A stretch of DNA of 33,228 nucleotides from Trichomonas gallinae (lineage: Eukaryota), in assembly GCA_008369845.1 (NCBI GenBank), contig MRSU01001333.1:1-33228 (forward strand). Reading direction: 5' to 3'. Positions within the stretch are counted from its first letter, which is position 1; every line of letters starts with the position of its first letter. The translations under genes and the position numbers were made by a program. Below the pieces are notes generated by a model that worked only from the letters and a program-made list of their open reading frames with translations, had not been told where the DNA came from and searched no databases. Positions 21,094 through 31,773 of the stretch are shown here, piece after piece.

Positions 21094-22620
21094 ATGCTTA
21101 CTAAGCCAGGTAGAGCGAGAAGCGGCAGCCTTTCGATACCTGCGCGTAGCAAGATGCTTGTACCACAGCCGCAGAAGAAGCCAAATATACCACCTGTCGA
21201 TCAAAGTCCGTCGCAAATCGATCTTGATGCTGATAAACAGCCAATTTCCGATCTGCCGATGCCTCCGTTCCAAGTTGTTTCGTTCAGGCATGGCCAAGCT
21301 GGCGATTTAATACCACTTCCTTCGTTATCAACAGCGCCAAATGGTGAAATTCCGCAATTAACATTCCAAAAAGTCAAACAATGCATGAGAATATGCGATT
21401 TTTCAGATCCAAATACAGATGTCGTCAGTAAAGAGACAAAAAGAGTCACTTTGAATGAATTAATCGATGTTTACTCAAATTCAAAGATAATTCCTCGCTT
21501 AACACGCGAATGCCATGCTTCTGTCATCGAAATGTTCGCTACCAATGTATTCAGACCGCTTCCTAACATCCCAAGAGCAGTTTTGATGTCTGATGATATT
21601 ACATTCGAAGATTCAGCGTGGCCGCACTTAAACCTCATATACATTTTGTTTCTTAAGTTCCTTGAAGCAAATATTGATCAAAGAATTCTTCAATATCAAC
21701 TTTCACCAAAATTTATTTCGCAATTATTCGCTGTTTTAGAATTTCCTGATGAGCGCGAAAGGTCACAAGCCAAATCTGTTATTGCTGGGATTTTTAACAA
21801 AGTTCCGCCGCAGCGTCCACTTTTGCGCTTCATTACTACTTCAATTCTCTCAGGTATCCCAGAAGGCGTTTCTTTTAACGCCACTGGTCATCTTTTGGAG
21901 TTATATTACCTATTCAACTCACAGACACTGCCACCTTTGGCTCTTGCCCAAATTCAAAGTTTTGAAAGAGTAATTCTTCCATTACATCTTCTACCAGGTC
22001 TCAAAGCATATCATGGACAACTAGTTAGATGTGTATTACTCATGGTTCGCAAAGATGCTAGATTATGTCCAACAATATTAAAATTTTTGATAACACACTG
22101 GCCGCTGACACTAGATCAGAAGAGTGAGTTGTTTATAGATGAAGTTGCGCAAGTCATAGAAGAAACACTACCAGCAGATCTTCGCACAACAATCTCAAAT
22201 CTTTTAGAATGCATAACTTTTGCAGCAGAAAGTCCGTCAATGACATTAGCTGAGAAGGCTCTGAACTTCCTTAAAAATGAGAGAATCAAAAACGCTATAA
22301 CAGAGAATCCTACAGAACTGATTTCGCAGATCTTCCCTTCATTGTTCAGAGTTGCACGAGAACACTGGCACAAGAACGTGCAACTCATTGCACTACAGGT
22401 GATGAACAGACTGATGGAGCTGGATCCAGTCGCATTCAAGCAGAGCGCGAACGAGTTCAGGCAGAAGACAATGGTCGAAGTCACCAAGAAAGAGAGGAAG
22501 AAGATACTATGGCAAAAAGTGTGCAACAAGGCTTATAAAAATGACCCGACAATCGATGAACAGTCTGTGCAACAGGATATGGATGCTTACTTCGGATATT
22601 CTGATCAATATAACTATTAA
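21094..22620 (+). CDS. Protein phosphatase 2A regulatory subunit B' (B56) family, divergent (508 aa)
   Basis: B56 signatures KVKQC..ICDFSDP, KE.KR.TL.EL, MFA.N.FRPLP, AWPHL.LIY, RER, LPLH, HWP, AEKAL, HW..V, LMELDP. Confidence 0.95.
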   Translation: MLTKPGRARSGSLSIPARSKMLVPQPQKKPNIPPVDQSPSQIDLDADKQPISDLPMPPFQVVSFRHGQAGDLIPLPSLSTAPNGEIPQLTFQKVKQCMRICDFSDPNTDVVSKETKRVTLNELIDVYSNSKIIPRLTRECHASVIEMFATNVFRPLPNIPRAVLMSDDITFEDSAWPHLNLIYILFLKFLEANIDQRILQYQLSPKFISQLFAVLEFPDERERSQAKSVIAGIFNKVPPQRPLLRFITTSILSGIPEGVSFNATGHLLELYYLFNSQTLPPLALAQIQSFERVILPLHLLPGLKAYHGQLVRCVLLMVRKDARLCPTILKFLITHWPLTLDQKSELFIDEVAQVIEETLPADLRTTISNLLECITFAAESPSMTLAEKALNFLKNERIKNAITENPTELISQIFPSLFRVAREHWHKNVQLIALQVMNRLMELDPVAFKQSANEFRQKTMVEVTKKERKKILWQKVCNKAYKNDPTIDEQSVQQDMDAYFGYSDQYNY

Positions 22621-23194
22621 ACTCGTTGTTTTGTTTTGTAAACTATTAATACTATAAATATATGATTGTTTTTTATGTCAATAAATGACAAATGAGTTCA
22701 AGCACAAAACTAAGGTAGAATGAGTTAAAACAATTAGTTTTTGTCATGTTAAACATTTACAGGACAACATTTTCAAAAAATATTTCTTTTATTTTTGTAC
22801 ATATCGACAATGTGGTGTTTTGACTCTGTAATCATCATCTATCTTATAATCAGAAAGAAAGATGAACGTGTGTCAATCGTAGTAACAAATATTCGAAATT
22901 AACAATTTTCAAATCGTGAAAACTCAAGAAAAAGTTAAATAACTCATATTTTTATAATCTTTACGTAAAAATACATCTATGTTGTCATTGCATTCTTTTA
23001 TTAGTAGCTATATTTACGGAGATATTCATCAAAGAAAGTCATTTTTAAAGAATAACATAATTTGTGTTTGTAATTCATAAATTAAGATAAAATTAATTAA
23101 GATTATAAGCTTACAATCGATATAATTTAATAATAAATTAATTTTGATAATATTATTATGTTTTAACACATAAATCATCTTTATATAAGTAATA

Positions 23195-24205
23195 TTATGC
23201 CTTTAAGGCCTGTATTTCGTTCTTAACATTTTCATCTTGATTATATTTCAATGAACTTGTAAAAGCGTCTAAAGCTAAGTCGACGTGGTTCTGTACCTTG
23301 TAAACTTGGCCTAGCTTCGCGTAAGCTTTGCCAACATGCTCAGCTTGTATTTTTTGTGTTTCTCCGATTTTGATGCCTTCTCGTAACACAGAAATAGCCT
23401 CTTCGTATTTCTTAAGCTTAGTAAGTGCTGTTGCCTTGTTATTGTAGTAAATTACGTTCTTTGGATCGAGATCAATCGCTTTTTGATAAAATGAAATAGA
23501 TTGTTCGAATTTTCCGCTCTTGAATAAATTATTGCCTTCCTCTTTTTGTTTCTCTGCTTCTGGAAGACTGACTGCAGCAGAGAAATTATTTTGAGTTTTA
23601 CAAACGTGATCTTGGACGACTGGATCCACCAAAGCCTTGATGCACATCTGTAGTGGCTGGCTCTTCAAATATTTCTTGATATGTGATGGATTTAAGAATA
23701 AATCTTCAATCATCTCATTAAACGCTTGATCTTTAAAGAAAATGCTTGTCTGTGGATTATTTTTCAGTATTTCGAGTTTTTCTGGCTTGAAAAGCTTTCC
23801 AATATCGTTTAACATTTCGGCATCATCTGAACTGTTCATTGCTTTCATTCTTTCGCATTTATCGAGTTCCTCTTTGTAACTTTTGTTCTCTGGGTCAAGT
23901 TCCAAGCATCTCTTGTAAGCGTTTGCAGCTGATTCGTATTCTTTCAGGCCAAAATATGCAGCTCCGAGCCTAGCATGTCCACGGGCCCAGTCCTCTTTCA
24001 TATTAATGACGGCTTGCGCGTCACTCAGGGCCTCATGGTATTTGCCCATTGCAATATATGCGGCCGATCTGTTAGAATAAAGAGTTTCGTTTGTAGGATC
24101 AAGGCCAATTGCCTGGGTGTATAATATTATGGCTGTTTCATAGCTTCTTTCCTGGAAAGCTTTGTTTCCTTTGAGTTTCAGTGACTCAACACGAGAAATC
24201 GCCAT
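23195..24205 (-). CDS. STI1/Hop-like TPR co-chaperone, short form TPR1-DP-TPR2A (336 aa)
   Basis: TPR1: LKLKGNKAF, LYSNRSAAY, WARGHARLGAA. DP-like: LKNNPQTSIFFKDQAF. Second TPR domain: AEKQKEEGNNLFK, YYNNKATA, KAYAKLG. TCATTTTT initiator-like element upstream of the ATG. Confidence 0.92.
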   Translation of the reverse strand: MAISRVESLKLKGNKAFQERSYETAIILYTQAIGLDPTNETLYSNRSAAYIAMGKYHEALSDAQAVINMKEDWARGHARLGAAYFGLKEYESAANAYKRCLELDPENKSYKEELDKCERMKAMNSSDDAEMLNDIGKLFKPEKLEILKNNPQTSIFFKDQAFNEMIEDLFLNPSHIKKYLKSQPLQMCIKALVDPVVQDHVCKTQNNFSAAVSLPEAEKQKEEGNNLFKSGKFEQSISFYQKAIDLDPKNVIYYNNKATALTKLKKYEEAISVLREGIKIGETQKIQAEHVGKAYAKLGQVYKVQNHVDLALDAFTSSLKYNQDENVKNEIQALKA

Positions 24206-24698
24206 GAAAAATGAACTCCACGATTATATAAAAACCATTTTTGAGACCTATAGATATTGATAGATCAAATATTACAGCTCAGAAACTCATTTTTCATCTA
24301 AAAAAATTGAATTATTATAAACTATTGATTTAAGCAAATATTCTGTTTCTATTGGTACAGATATGATATAAAATAGATTTTTGGATTTCATTGTTAGTTA
24401 AAAATCAGTGGAAGACATAGATAAGAAAAGACAATTTTTTAAATCATTTTTTAAAACTCTTCAAAAAATGACCGTTTAAATATAGTTTTTGGAATAAAAA
24501 ATAATGGATTTGTTTATACAATATATTTAGATTCTAAATTTCTAATCAAAATTTTAAAACAAATTTTGATATTTGGAATAGATAAATACATAGATTAGGA
24601 TATAATATTTATATATTTCTAATCAAAATTCAAAAATATTTGATTTTAGAGCCAAAAAATCGATTTGACACAAGATTTTCGTTGAGAATTTTATAAAA

Positions 24699-26408
24699 AT
24701 GGAGCCGAAACTGATTCCGCCTTCGTCGACAAGGAAGAGGATCAACCACACAGAGAAGGCTCTCAAAGACCATGCAGATGCAATAAGAAATATTCGCACT
24801 GATATCGACGAAAAAGAAAAAATTATCGAAGAATTAAGTAAACAGTGTTTAATTAAAGAAAAAACGATAGATAAAAGGAATAGAACATACATAAAGAAAA
24901 AAGAGCTGCTTGATTTGAACATTTGCGATTTCAATGCGAATATTCCGATCGAAAACGAAAAGCTAGATCAGGAAATACTTCAACAAGAAGAAAAATTGAA
25001 ACAATTGACGAATGATTACGACGAAATCGTTGTTAAATTACAAAATTTGCAGCTTAAATATAATAAATTGCAAGATAACGACAAAAAACTTAATAGTGAA
25101 TTAGATTCATTAGATGAATCAATAAAGAATCTCGCAGTACCGAATGATTTACAAGCCAGTTCTCTCGAAGATGATGTTAACGACTTAGCAGAAGAAATCA
25201 AGGAATTATCAACAGATATTGCAAACTGCAAGATTTCACATCTAAATTACGATGCAATGTCATCTATGCTAAAGACCAAATACACAAAAACAATGAAAAC
25301 TCTTGAAGAATTAAGAATTCAGATTCTCAAAATCAAAACTATGAACGAAAAAGATATAAATTCGTTAAACAACACAATAAATGAGTCGAAAAACAACAAT
25401 GTACCGAATATTTACGAACTAAAACAAAAGAAAGAGAAACTTACAAAAATAATTCAACAAATTTTGGTAAATTGCGATGAAGCTAAGGAAGACATTGAAC
25501 AAACAACGAACAAAGTCAATAGACTGAATGCAAATTTGGAAAAGAAACAAGGTGATCTGAAAATTTTACAAAAACAGCAAGAAGACATCAAAGAGATGTC
25601 TAATGCTCGTATACTTAAAAGCAGAGAGTTTTTAGATACACAGACAAACTTAATCAATACAGTTCACCAACAAAAAATGGAGTTATTAAAATTACTGGCT
25701 CACGACAAAGCAATTCTCGATTCTAAGAACAACGACGAGAACGAATTACAGATGAAGATTGCTAAAAAGATCAGCAAAATCTCGGATGAAGAAGAAAATG
25801 CAAGAAATAATGAAATTTTGAAAATGCAAATAGTTAAACAAGAAAGCATAAACGAGAAAGAAGCATTTGAGGCTAAATTAGAATTTGATGGACTCACAGT
25901 TCTTATTGAAGAATTGGTGAAAGAAAAAACGAAACAACTCCACAAACTCGACAAAATCAATTCTACTGTCATAGAACCATTAGGAGATCAACAGTTTGCC
26001 GTTCCTATACCAAAAACTCCTCTTGTTAGAGAAGTTAAGCTTATATCGAAAATTAATGATGAAATCACAGCCAAAATCGTGAGCACACAGAGGAGAATCG
26101 AGCAATATAAAGAATTAAAAGAGAAAATGGAGAAAAGAATAGAAAAGTTGAAATCTCAAACAAATCAGAATCTTCAGGCACATATCATACTTCAAAATAG
26201 CATCCCCAAGAAGAGATCTCAGTTTTCCATCTACAATTCAGTCGAAACGAGCAGATTGCATCGATTGATCGCTGAAAAAACGATTTCTATCGAAGAAAGG
26301 CGGGCAACTCTATCCAAAAGGCAGAGAATTGTTGGTTCTATAACAAATGAACTCGATATTACAACATATCCCGAAAGAGTTGTAGTTGCGCCAGAACCAC
26401 AGGATTAA
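24699..26408 (+). CDS. Coiled-coil protein (569 aa), function unknown
   Basis: Uninterrupted K/E/I/L-rich heptad ORF with an AAAAATG start. Confidence 0.88.
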   Translation: MEPKLIPPSSTRKRINHTEKALKDHADAIRNIRTDIDEKEKIIEELSKQCLIKEKTIDKRNRTYIKKKELLDLNICDFNANIPIENEKLDQEILQQEEKLKQLTNDYDEIVVKLQNLQLKYNKLQDNDKKLNSELDSLDESIKNLAVPNDLQASSLEDDVNDLAEEIKELSTDIANCKISHLNYDAMSSMLKTKYTKTMKTLEELRIQILKIKTMNEKDINSLNNTINESKNNNVPNIYELKQKKEKLTKIIQQILVNCDEAKEDIEQTTNKVNRLNANLEKKQGDLKILQKQQEDIKEMSNARILKSREFLDTQTNLINTVHQQKMELLKLLAHDKAILDSKNNDENELQMKIAKKISKISDEEENARNNEILKMQIVKQESINEKEAFEAKLEFDGLTVLIEELVKEKTKQLHKLDKINSTVIEPLGDQQFAVPIPKTPLVREVKLISKINDEITAKIVSTQRRIEQYKELKEKMEKRIEKLKSQTNQNLQAHIILQNSIPKKRSQFSIYNSVETSRLHRLIAEKTISIEERRATLSKRQRIVGSITNELDITTYPERVVVAPEPQD

Positions 26409-26690
26409 TATCATGTCATCGTGTTTTGTATTGTTATTTAAACTTGTTATTTAGTGAAATATTTCATGATTATAATTTTCAATAATTTTGATTCTGAAAG
26501 TTATTTTTTGGCAGGGGTATATATAATTAGTTCGACACAAACTAAAACTTTTTCAAGTCACGTACCTCCGGTTTATTGTAAACCGAAAAAATATATGAAA
26601 ATTATTTCAAGCAAAATAAGGTAATTCTTCAATCAAAATAAACGCACAGTTTAGGTATAATACTAACAATACATGATAATGTTGGAAAAT

Positions 26691-27164
26691 CTACCAGGAA
26701 AGTGGGATAGGATCAGATGACGGTGTTGGTAGAGATGGAACCGGCATAACCGTAGAAATATTGCTTCTAAAGCATGGCTTTGGGGACTTATCTTGGAGCT
26801 TAAGAAACAGTCTGAATTTCTTTGGATTGTTATCAATGTGTGTTTGCCTAAGGTCCAATAAGCGGGCTTTCTCCCTGGCAATCTCTGGGTTCATTGATTT
26901 TGCCTCTAAAATATCGATATCAATTGTTTCAGAATTATATGGTAAATTATGCTTTGGACTACTGTTGCTATTTAAACACATCAACATACTCCCCTCCTTT
27001 ATTCCCATATCCTTGAAGGAAAGCATGACAGGCATCAAGCTGCCATTGTATACGTAATTAGATTTAAGTTTGGTAATGGTATTAAGTGTTTCTATTTTAC
27101 TCTGTGGGTCCACTGTCACTCGCTTGACAGATATACCGGGCTCAACAAGATAGAAAGAAAGCAT
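26691..27164 (-). CDS. Protein with N-terminal ubiquitin-like domain (157 aa)
   Basis: YVYNGSLM...SFKDMGIKEGSMLM resembles the ubiquitin-fold IF.G..L...L..Y.I..GS motif. It is followed by EKARLLDLR and a C-terminal PSSDPIPLSW. TCACA initiator-like element upstream. Confidence 0.75.
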   Translation of the reverse strand: MLSFYLVEPGISVKRVTVDPQSKIETLNTITKLKSNYVYNGSLMPVMLSFKDMGIKEGSMLMCLNSNSSPKHNLPYNSETIDIDILEAKSMNPEIAREKARLLDLRQTHIDNNPKKFRLFLKLQDKSPKPCFRSNISTVMPVPSLPTPSSDPIPLSW

Positions 27165-28216
27165 TTTAGGTTTAAATAAATGTGACTCTCTAAAAGCACG
27201 TTATCCCCTCAAAAATCAAACGTGCTTTTATCGAAAGGCTCTGAATTCAAAACTTGCCGTAAAATAGCATTAATAGTTCCCGTAAACATATAAATCAAAC
27301 TATCACTAAAACATCAAAAATCATTCTGACTTTAAAAAATGACCGAAAACCACTCATATAGGTCAAATATACATATGAGGACAAAAAACGATATGAGGTT
27401 TTTCACAATTTTGAAAATGCGCATTTTTTTACTTTCATGAATGACAATAACATTTAAATATTTTCAATTCCGATTTCCACTTTATAGGTTTTACAAATAA
27501 AATAAGGTTCTGGATTTTTTTAATTCTGAATATAGGAGGGAATTTTTTTATCCGCGATTCGGAGATTCCGGATACATTGAGCCGGACTCATATGATAGTG
27601 TGCAAACCTACTACGTTATGTTTTTATATTAATCGACTTTTCTAAATTATCAAATCCTGTAGGATCATCGTTATTAGGCAATGTCATTATATATAATGTT
27701 TCCCCACATTACTGGTATTTGAATACTTTTTGCATTTTCTGATTATTTTATGCTTTTGGTTCAGAATTCGAATCAATTTCGGTGAGTACGTGTGGATTAC
27801 TTTTACGACACTTGTGATTTCATTTGTGAAATAAAATATAAGAGGCATCTTAAATTTTGTTCGCAATTGCAACATTTTAGGTCGCTGATATTTGAAATTT
27901 TTCTTTGAACTTCTTTTTTCCGATTTCACATTAGGGAACTTATTAAGTAGCGGCAAATAAAACAATTCATAGTAATGACGCGTAATTTTGATCGAAATTT
28001 TATTTTTGAAATTTCAATATTACAGTAAAAAAAGAATAATTTTGATATTTCTGATAGAATAACTCATTACAAAGCTATATTAGATGAATCATCCGGAATA
28101 CCTTATTTTGATGTCAATGATTAACCTTATTTTATAATCGTTTAACCTTATTTAACCGGCGGCCGTTACCGAAGGTTACTCCCCCTAAAACCCTCGATTT
28201 TTTTATTACCTAAAAA

Positions 28217-30460
28217 ACGATTTCTTCAACCCCTTCCGGACTAACTGACGATCCTGACGTCCCGTTGCCCGGAGAGGGAAACTTCTCCAACAAAGGGCTA
28301 ACGGGTTTTAGCAAAATTAACCAGCTTTTGACTTACAAATCTTTAGATTTTTCTCGAAATCCGATAACATCGTTGAAAACATTACCGATTTTGCCTATGC
28401 TCACGACACTAATCTTGGATGAGACTCGTTTACAGACATTTATTGATACAAATCCACAGCCAAAATTATCTTCAATATCACTTCTCGGAACTCCACTGAT
28501 TCAATACGAATTTTTACAGTTAATGTGCGTCATTGTATTCGGTGATAGTATCAGCGAAGTAAATGGACAAATTTTGGATGACAACACAATTAATATCGGC
28601 AAAGAATTGAGACCAAGAGTGCAAGACTACCTCAAAAAGGGATGGATTATATATTGCTACTGTCCTCTCTGTATCGTAAATCCACAAAACAATCAGACCA
28701 TCAATCTTACTTCTACAGAATTAAAAGCGAATCAATTATCATCAGCAATGCCACTACCCGATCTTGTTTCATGTCCACCTTTTAAGTTTCCTACAAAATC
28801 TGAAGTTATCTCGGAATCTATATCAGGATACTACAAAGCTCAGTCAGGAGAATCAGATAACATAAAACAGATCAATTGCGTTACTTCTCGCGGGATTGAA
28901 AGCAATCATCGAAGAAGTCATCGAAAAAAGAAACACACACATCTCTGGAGCGTTTCTAACACAATGGATAACACTTCAGAGAGCGATTCAAATACAATGA
29001 TCGTTGACACAATTGTAATTTCCAGTGGAGATTCTTCACCAAATTCAGATATATTCGTTTTCCAATCGAATCCACAGACAAAACAGCGCAAACCTACACC
29101 ACAGAACAATCCACAATCTGTTGCACTGCAAATAGACAACAAAGAGCCACCAAGATCTCCAAGTCATTATAAAGCTCCGCCTGTTCGCAAACTTTCGACT
29201 ACAGACGCGCATGAGGCAGAAAGCAAAGTTCCACTTACATCAAATTTAAAAAACCAAGCAACTTCGCCTTCGCCATCTAGAAAAAGATTAGATTATGACG
29301 CTCCACCACTTTCTGCGAACCTTCTTCCAAAGGCTCCACCTCTTAAAAAGACTTTGGACCATCCTTCAGATTTCCAAGATGAAGATGACAACAATGAGCC
29401 AGTAAACAACAGTCCGACAAGCATGCCTCGCTCGAAAAAGAAGAAGAAAAAATCGAAAAAGAAAAACATGATATCGATGCCGATTTTGTCACCGAAATCT
29501 CCTCCACCTCTTCCCATTCCTCAATCCATAGAGTTCGAACCAGCGTCTTCAAGCATGCAGCCATCTGAAGGACTGCCAGCCACTCCTACAACTCTTAAAC
29601 CAATTTCTCCACTTGTCACTCCACGTCCGCCTGAAATCAAGAATGTTTTCCCCATAGATGACAAACCAGAGGAAGAAGAGCAAGAAAAGCCGAGGCCAGA
29701 AGTCAAGCCGAAGTCTCCAAAAAAATCTGCACCAAAAAGGAAACTACACAAAAAGAAGAAACCGAAAAAGTCAGCGAAAAAGAAATCATCGAAATCTGGC
29801 AAATCGGACAAGTCGAACAAATCGCAGAAGCAAGAAACGAAATCATCGAAGTCTCAGTCATCTTACGTTGACGAAGGCGAGTCTTATGCTGACGAAGAAG
29901 AGGAGTCATACAACTCAAGAAAAGCCAGCGAAAACGAAGAACCACAGCAGTCCATTCTCGACTTTGGCACGCTAAAAATCGAGCCACCATCACAAGAGGA
30001 GCAAGCTAAACCTAAGGAAAAGAAGAGGAGGTCTGTCTCTTCTGAACCAGAACTCCCTGATACACCAATCCTAGACAGCCCACGGAAGAAGAGAAAAAGG
30101 ATCAGAAGGACGAAAACACTCATTGGAGGTTCAAGACAAAAAGTTAGAATTTCCGGCCACACTGAAGTCTTCGAGACAGATGATGACGGCTATGAGGATG
30201 ATGATCCACCTGTTTTCAAGAAGGTCAACTTTTTCGACTTGATTGGTGTTGACCCTGACAGCGGCGATGAATATCTATCACAGGACGAAAGCTCGCACAA
30301 AGAAGAAGAGGAAATACAAGGCCCTGACGACTTAATTGCGGAACTCAGAGCTGAGGGCCGTAGAATGTTCTACCAGATGAGAACTGTGGAGACGAGTACA
30401 TTAGAAGAGATGGAAAAGTTCGTCTCAAGCTACGTTAGATCATCACTGAAGAAGATGTGA
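28217..30460 (+). CDS. Leucine-rich-repeat N-terminal domain plus long disordered Pro/Ser/Lys-rich and acidic tail; start codon uncertain
   Basis: LRR units NFSNKGLTGF, LDFSRNPITSL, LILDETRLQTF, ISLLGTPL and a cap (LMCVIVFG..EVNG). The frame opens after TAA 28211 with AAA-ACG (28217). The first ATG, at 28397, is inside the LRRs. Poly-Lys NLS-like tracts are present. Confidence 0.8.
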   Translation, partial: TISSTPSGLTDDPDVPLPGEGNFSNKGLTGFSKINQLLTYKSLDFSRNPITSLKTLPILPMLTTLILDETRLQTFIDTNPQPKLSSISLLGTPLIQYEFLQLMCVIVFGDSISEVNGQILDDNTINIGKELRPRVQDYLKKGWIIYCYCPLCIVNPQNNQTINLTSTELKANQLSSAMPLPDLVSCPPFKFPTKSEVISESISGYYKAQSGESDNIKQINCVTSRGIESNHRRSHRKKKHTHLWSVSNTMDNTSESDSNTMIVDTIVISSGDSSPNSDIFVFQSNPQTKQRKPTPQNNPQSVALQIDNKEPPRSPSHYKAPPVRKLSTTDAHEAESKVPLTSNLKNQATSPSPSRKRLDYDAPPLSANLLPKAPPLKKTLDHPSDFQDEDDNNEPVNNSPTSMPRSKKKKKKSKKKNMISMPILSPKSPPPLPIPQSIEFEPASSSMQPSEGLPATPTTLKPISPLVTPRPPEIKNVFPIDDKPEEEEQEKPRPEVKPKSPKKSAPKRKLHKKKKPKKSAKKKSSKSGKSDKSNKSQKQETKSSKSQSSYVDEGESYADEEEESYNSRKASENEEPQQSILDFGTLKIEPPSQEEQAKPKEKKRRSVSSEPELPDTPILDSPRKKRKRIRRTKTLIGGSRQKVRISGHTEVFETDDDGYEDDDPPVFKKVNFFDLIGVDPDSGDEYLSQDESSHKEEEEIQGPDDLIAELRAEGRRMFYQMRTVETSTLEEMEKFVSSYVRSSLKKM

Positions 30461-31220
30461 TTTATTTTTTTATCTGTTTGTTTTCCATATAATATTTTGT
30501 TATGTTATATTTATACTAGAATTTTAAACCCTATTTGTTAATTATTACTCATATCAATGCACTATTTATTTCTGAGTGCATCAGCATCATATTTGCTTTG
30601 ATTTTCACAATGAATGTTGCTAGTACAAAAAATTACTCAATTTATATTTAATTTGTTGTAATGATCATGCAATTATTCCAGAACAATTCCTCCTGCACAA
30701 AGGTAATGTGCCATGTATGTTTTGTTGCAAAGTTGTTGAAAATCAGATTGAATGCAGTACATTATAATGTCATTGTCGAGAAAATCCATGAATCAATATT
30801 GATTTTTTTCCTCGAATGATTGGATTTTGCTTTATTTCAATATATATGATTGTTGAATGCTTGAATTTGAGATAAAACATTGACTAAGCACAATAGAGTC
30901 TATTTCAATAGTTCTGAGTTCGATGTTATATATTTACACAAAGAGAATTGATCAATGTTTTTTCATGTTGTACAATATTCGAATAATAAGTGTGTATGAT
31001 AAACTTCTTGATTCCACTGAGATGGAATTATTGAAATATATCACATTTCATGTAAATCGAGTGTTGATCATTTTATTTACAAAATTTGAATTAAAATGAC
31101 TAACAATCAGAAGTCAATTTTAGCAAAAATAGAAATCACATGAGGCAAGATATCTAAATATGTGGTTTTCTAGAACAGTTGTAATTCAAAATAGAAAATT
31201 TCATATCACATGTCATTAAT

Positions 31221-31502
31221 ATGGAATCGAAAACTGCCTCTCGCGTTTCTCCAACCAAGCGAGCAATAAAAGTATCACGCGACTCCCCTTACAAGGGTGT
31301 TACAGAAAAAACAAGTAAGCCATCCACAGATGTTAAAACACGTGATTTAAGCTTAGAAGAACCAAGGAAGAATCCAGAAACACAGAAGGAATTGATTGCT
31401 GCTATCGAGGAATTGCGCCCAATCGTCGAAGAAAAGCGTGAAAGACTGAAACAGCTTCAGCAGCAAAATGAAGAACCAAAAACTGAAACAGCTGAACAGT
31501 AA
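31221..31502 (+). CDS. Small hypothetical protein (93 aa), basic N-terminus and short coiled coil
   Basis: ATG directly after a TCATT initiator-like element. Coding-level GC. Stop is in TAAA. Confidence 0.8.
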   Translation: MESKTASRVSPTKRAIKVSRDSPYKGVTEKTSKPSTDVKTRDLSLEEPRKNPETQKELIAAIEELRPIVEEKRERLKQLQQQNEEPKTETAEQ

Positions 31503-31773
31503 ATTTGTATGAGCAACCTACTGTCAATCATTTAATAAATCATTAAACCGAATTGTTACACTTTAAATATGAATTTATTTTTTTTTATTATATTCTTTTT
31601 GATCAACATTTCTTTCTTTATTTGTTCAACTGCCAACTATGAGTCGGTTGTTGTTGATATATTCACGTGTCATGAAAATAACTTTTTCGGAATAAATATA
31701 AATAAGGTTAAATAATTTAACATGTAAAGTTTACAAGCAGTTTGTAGAGTGTCAAGTGTCATTGTAAACTGTT

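Noticed and set aside
31099..31110. ACTAACAATCAG, a good match to the intron branch/3' splice consensus
   Set aside because: There is no GT ~25 nt upstream. The nearest GTAAAT (31052) gives no spliced reading frame, and the gene at 31221 has its own initiator-like element.
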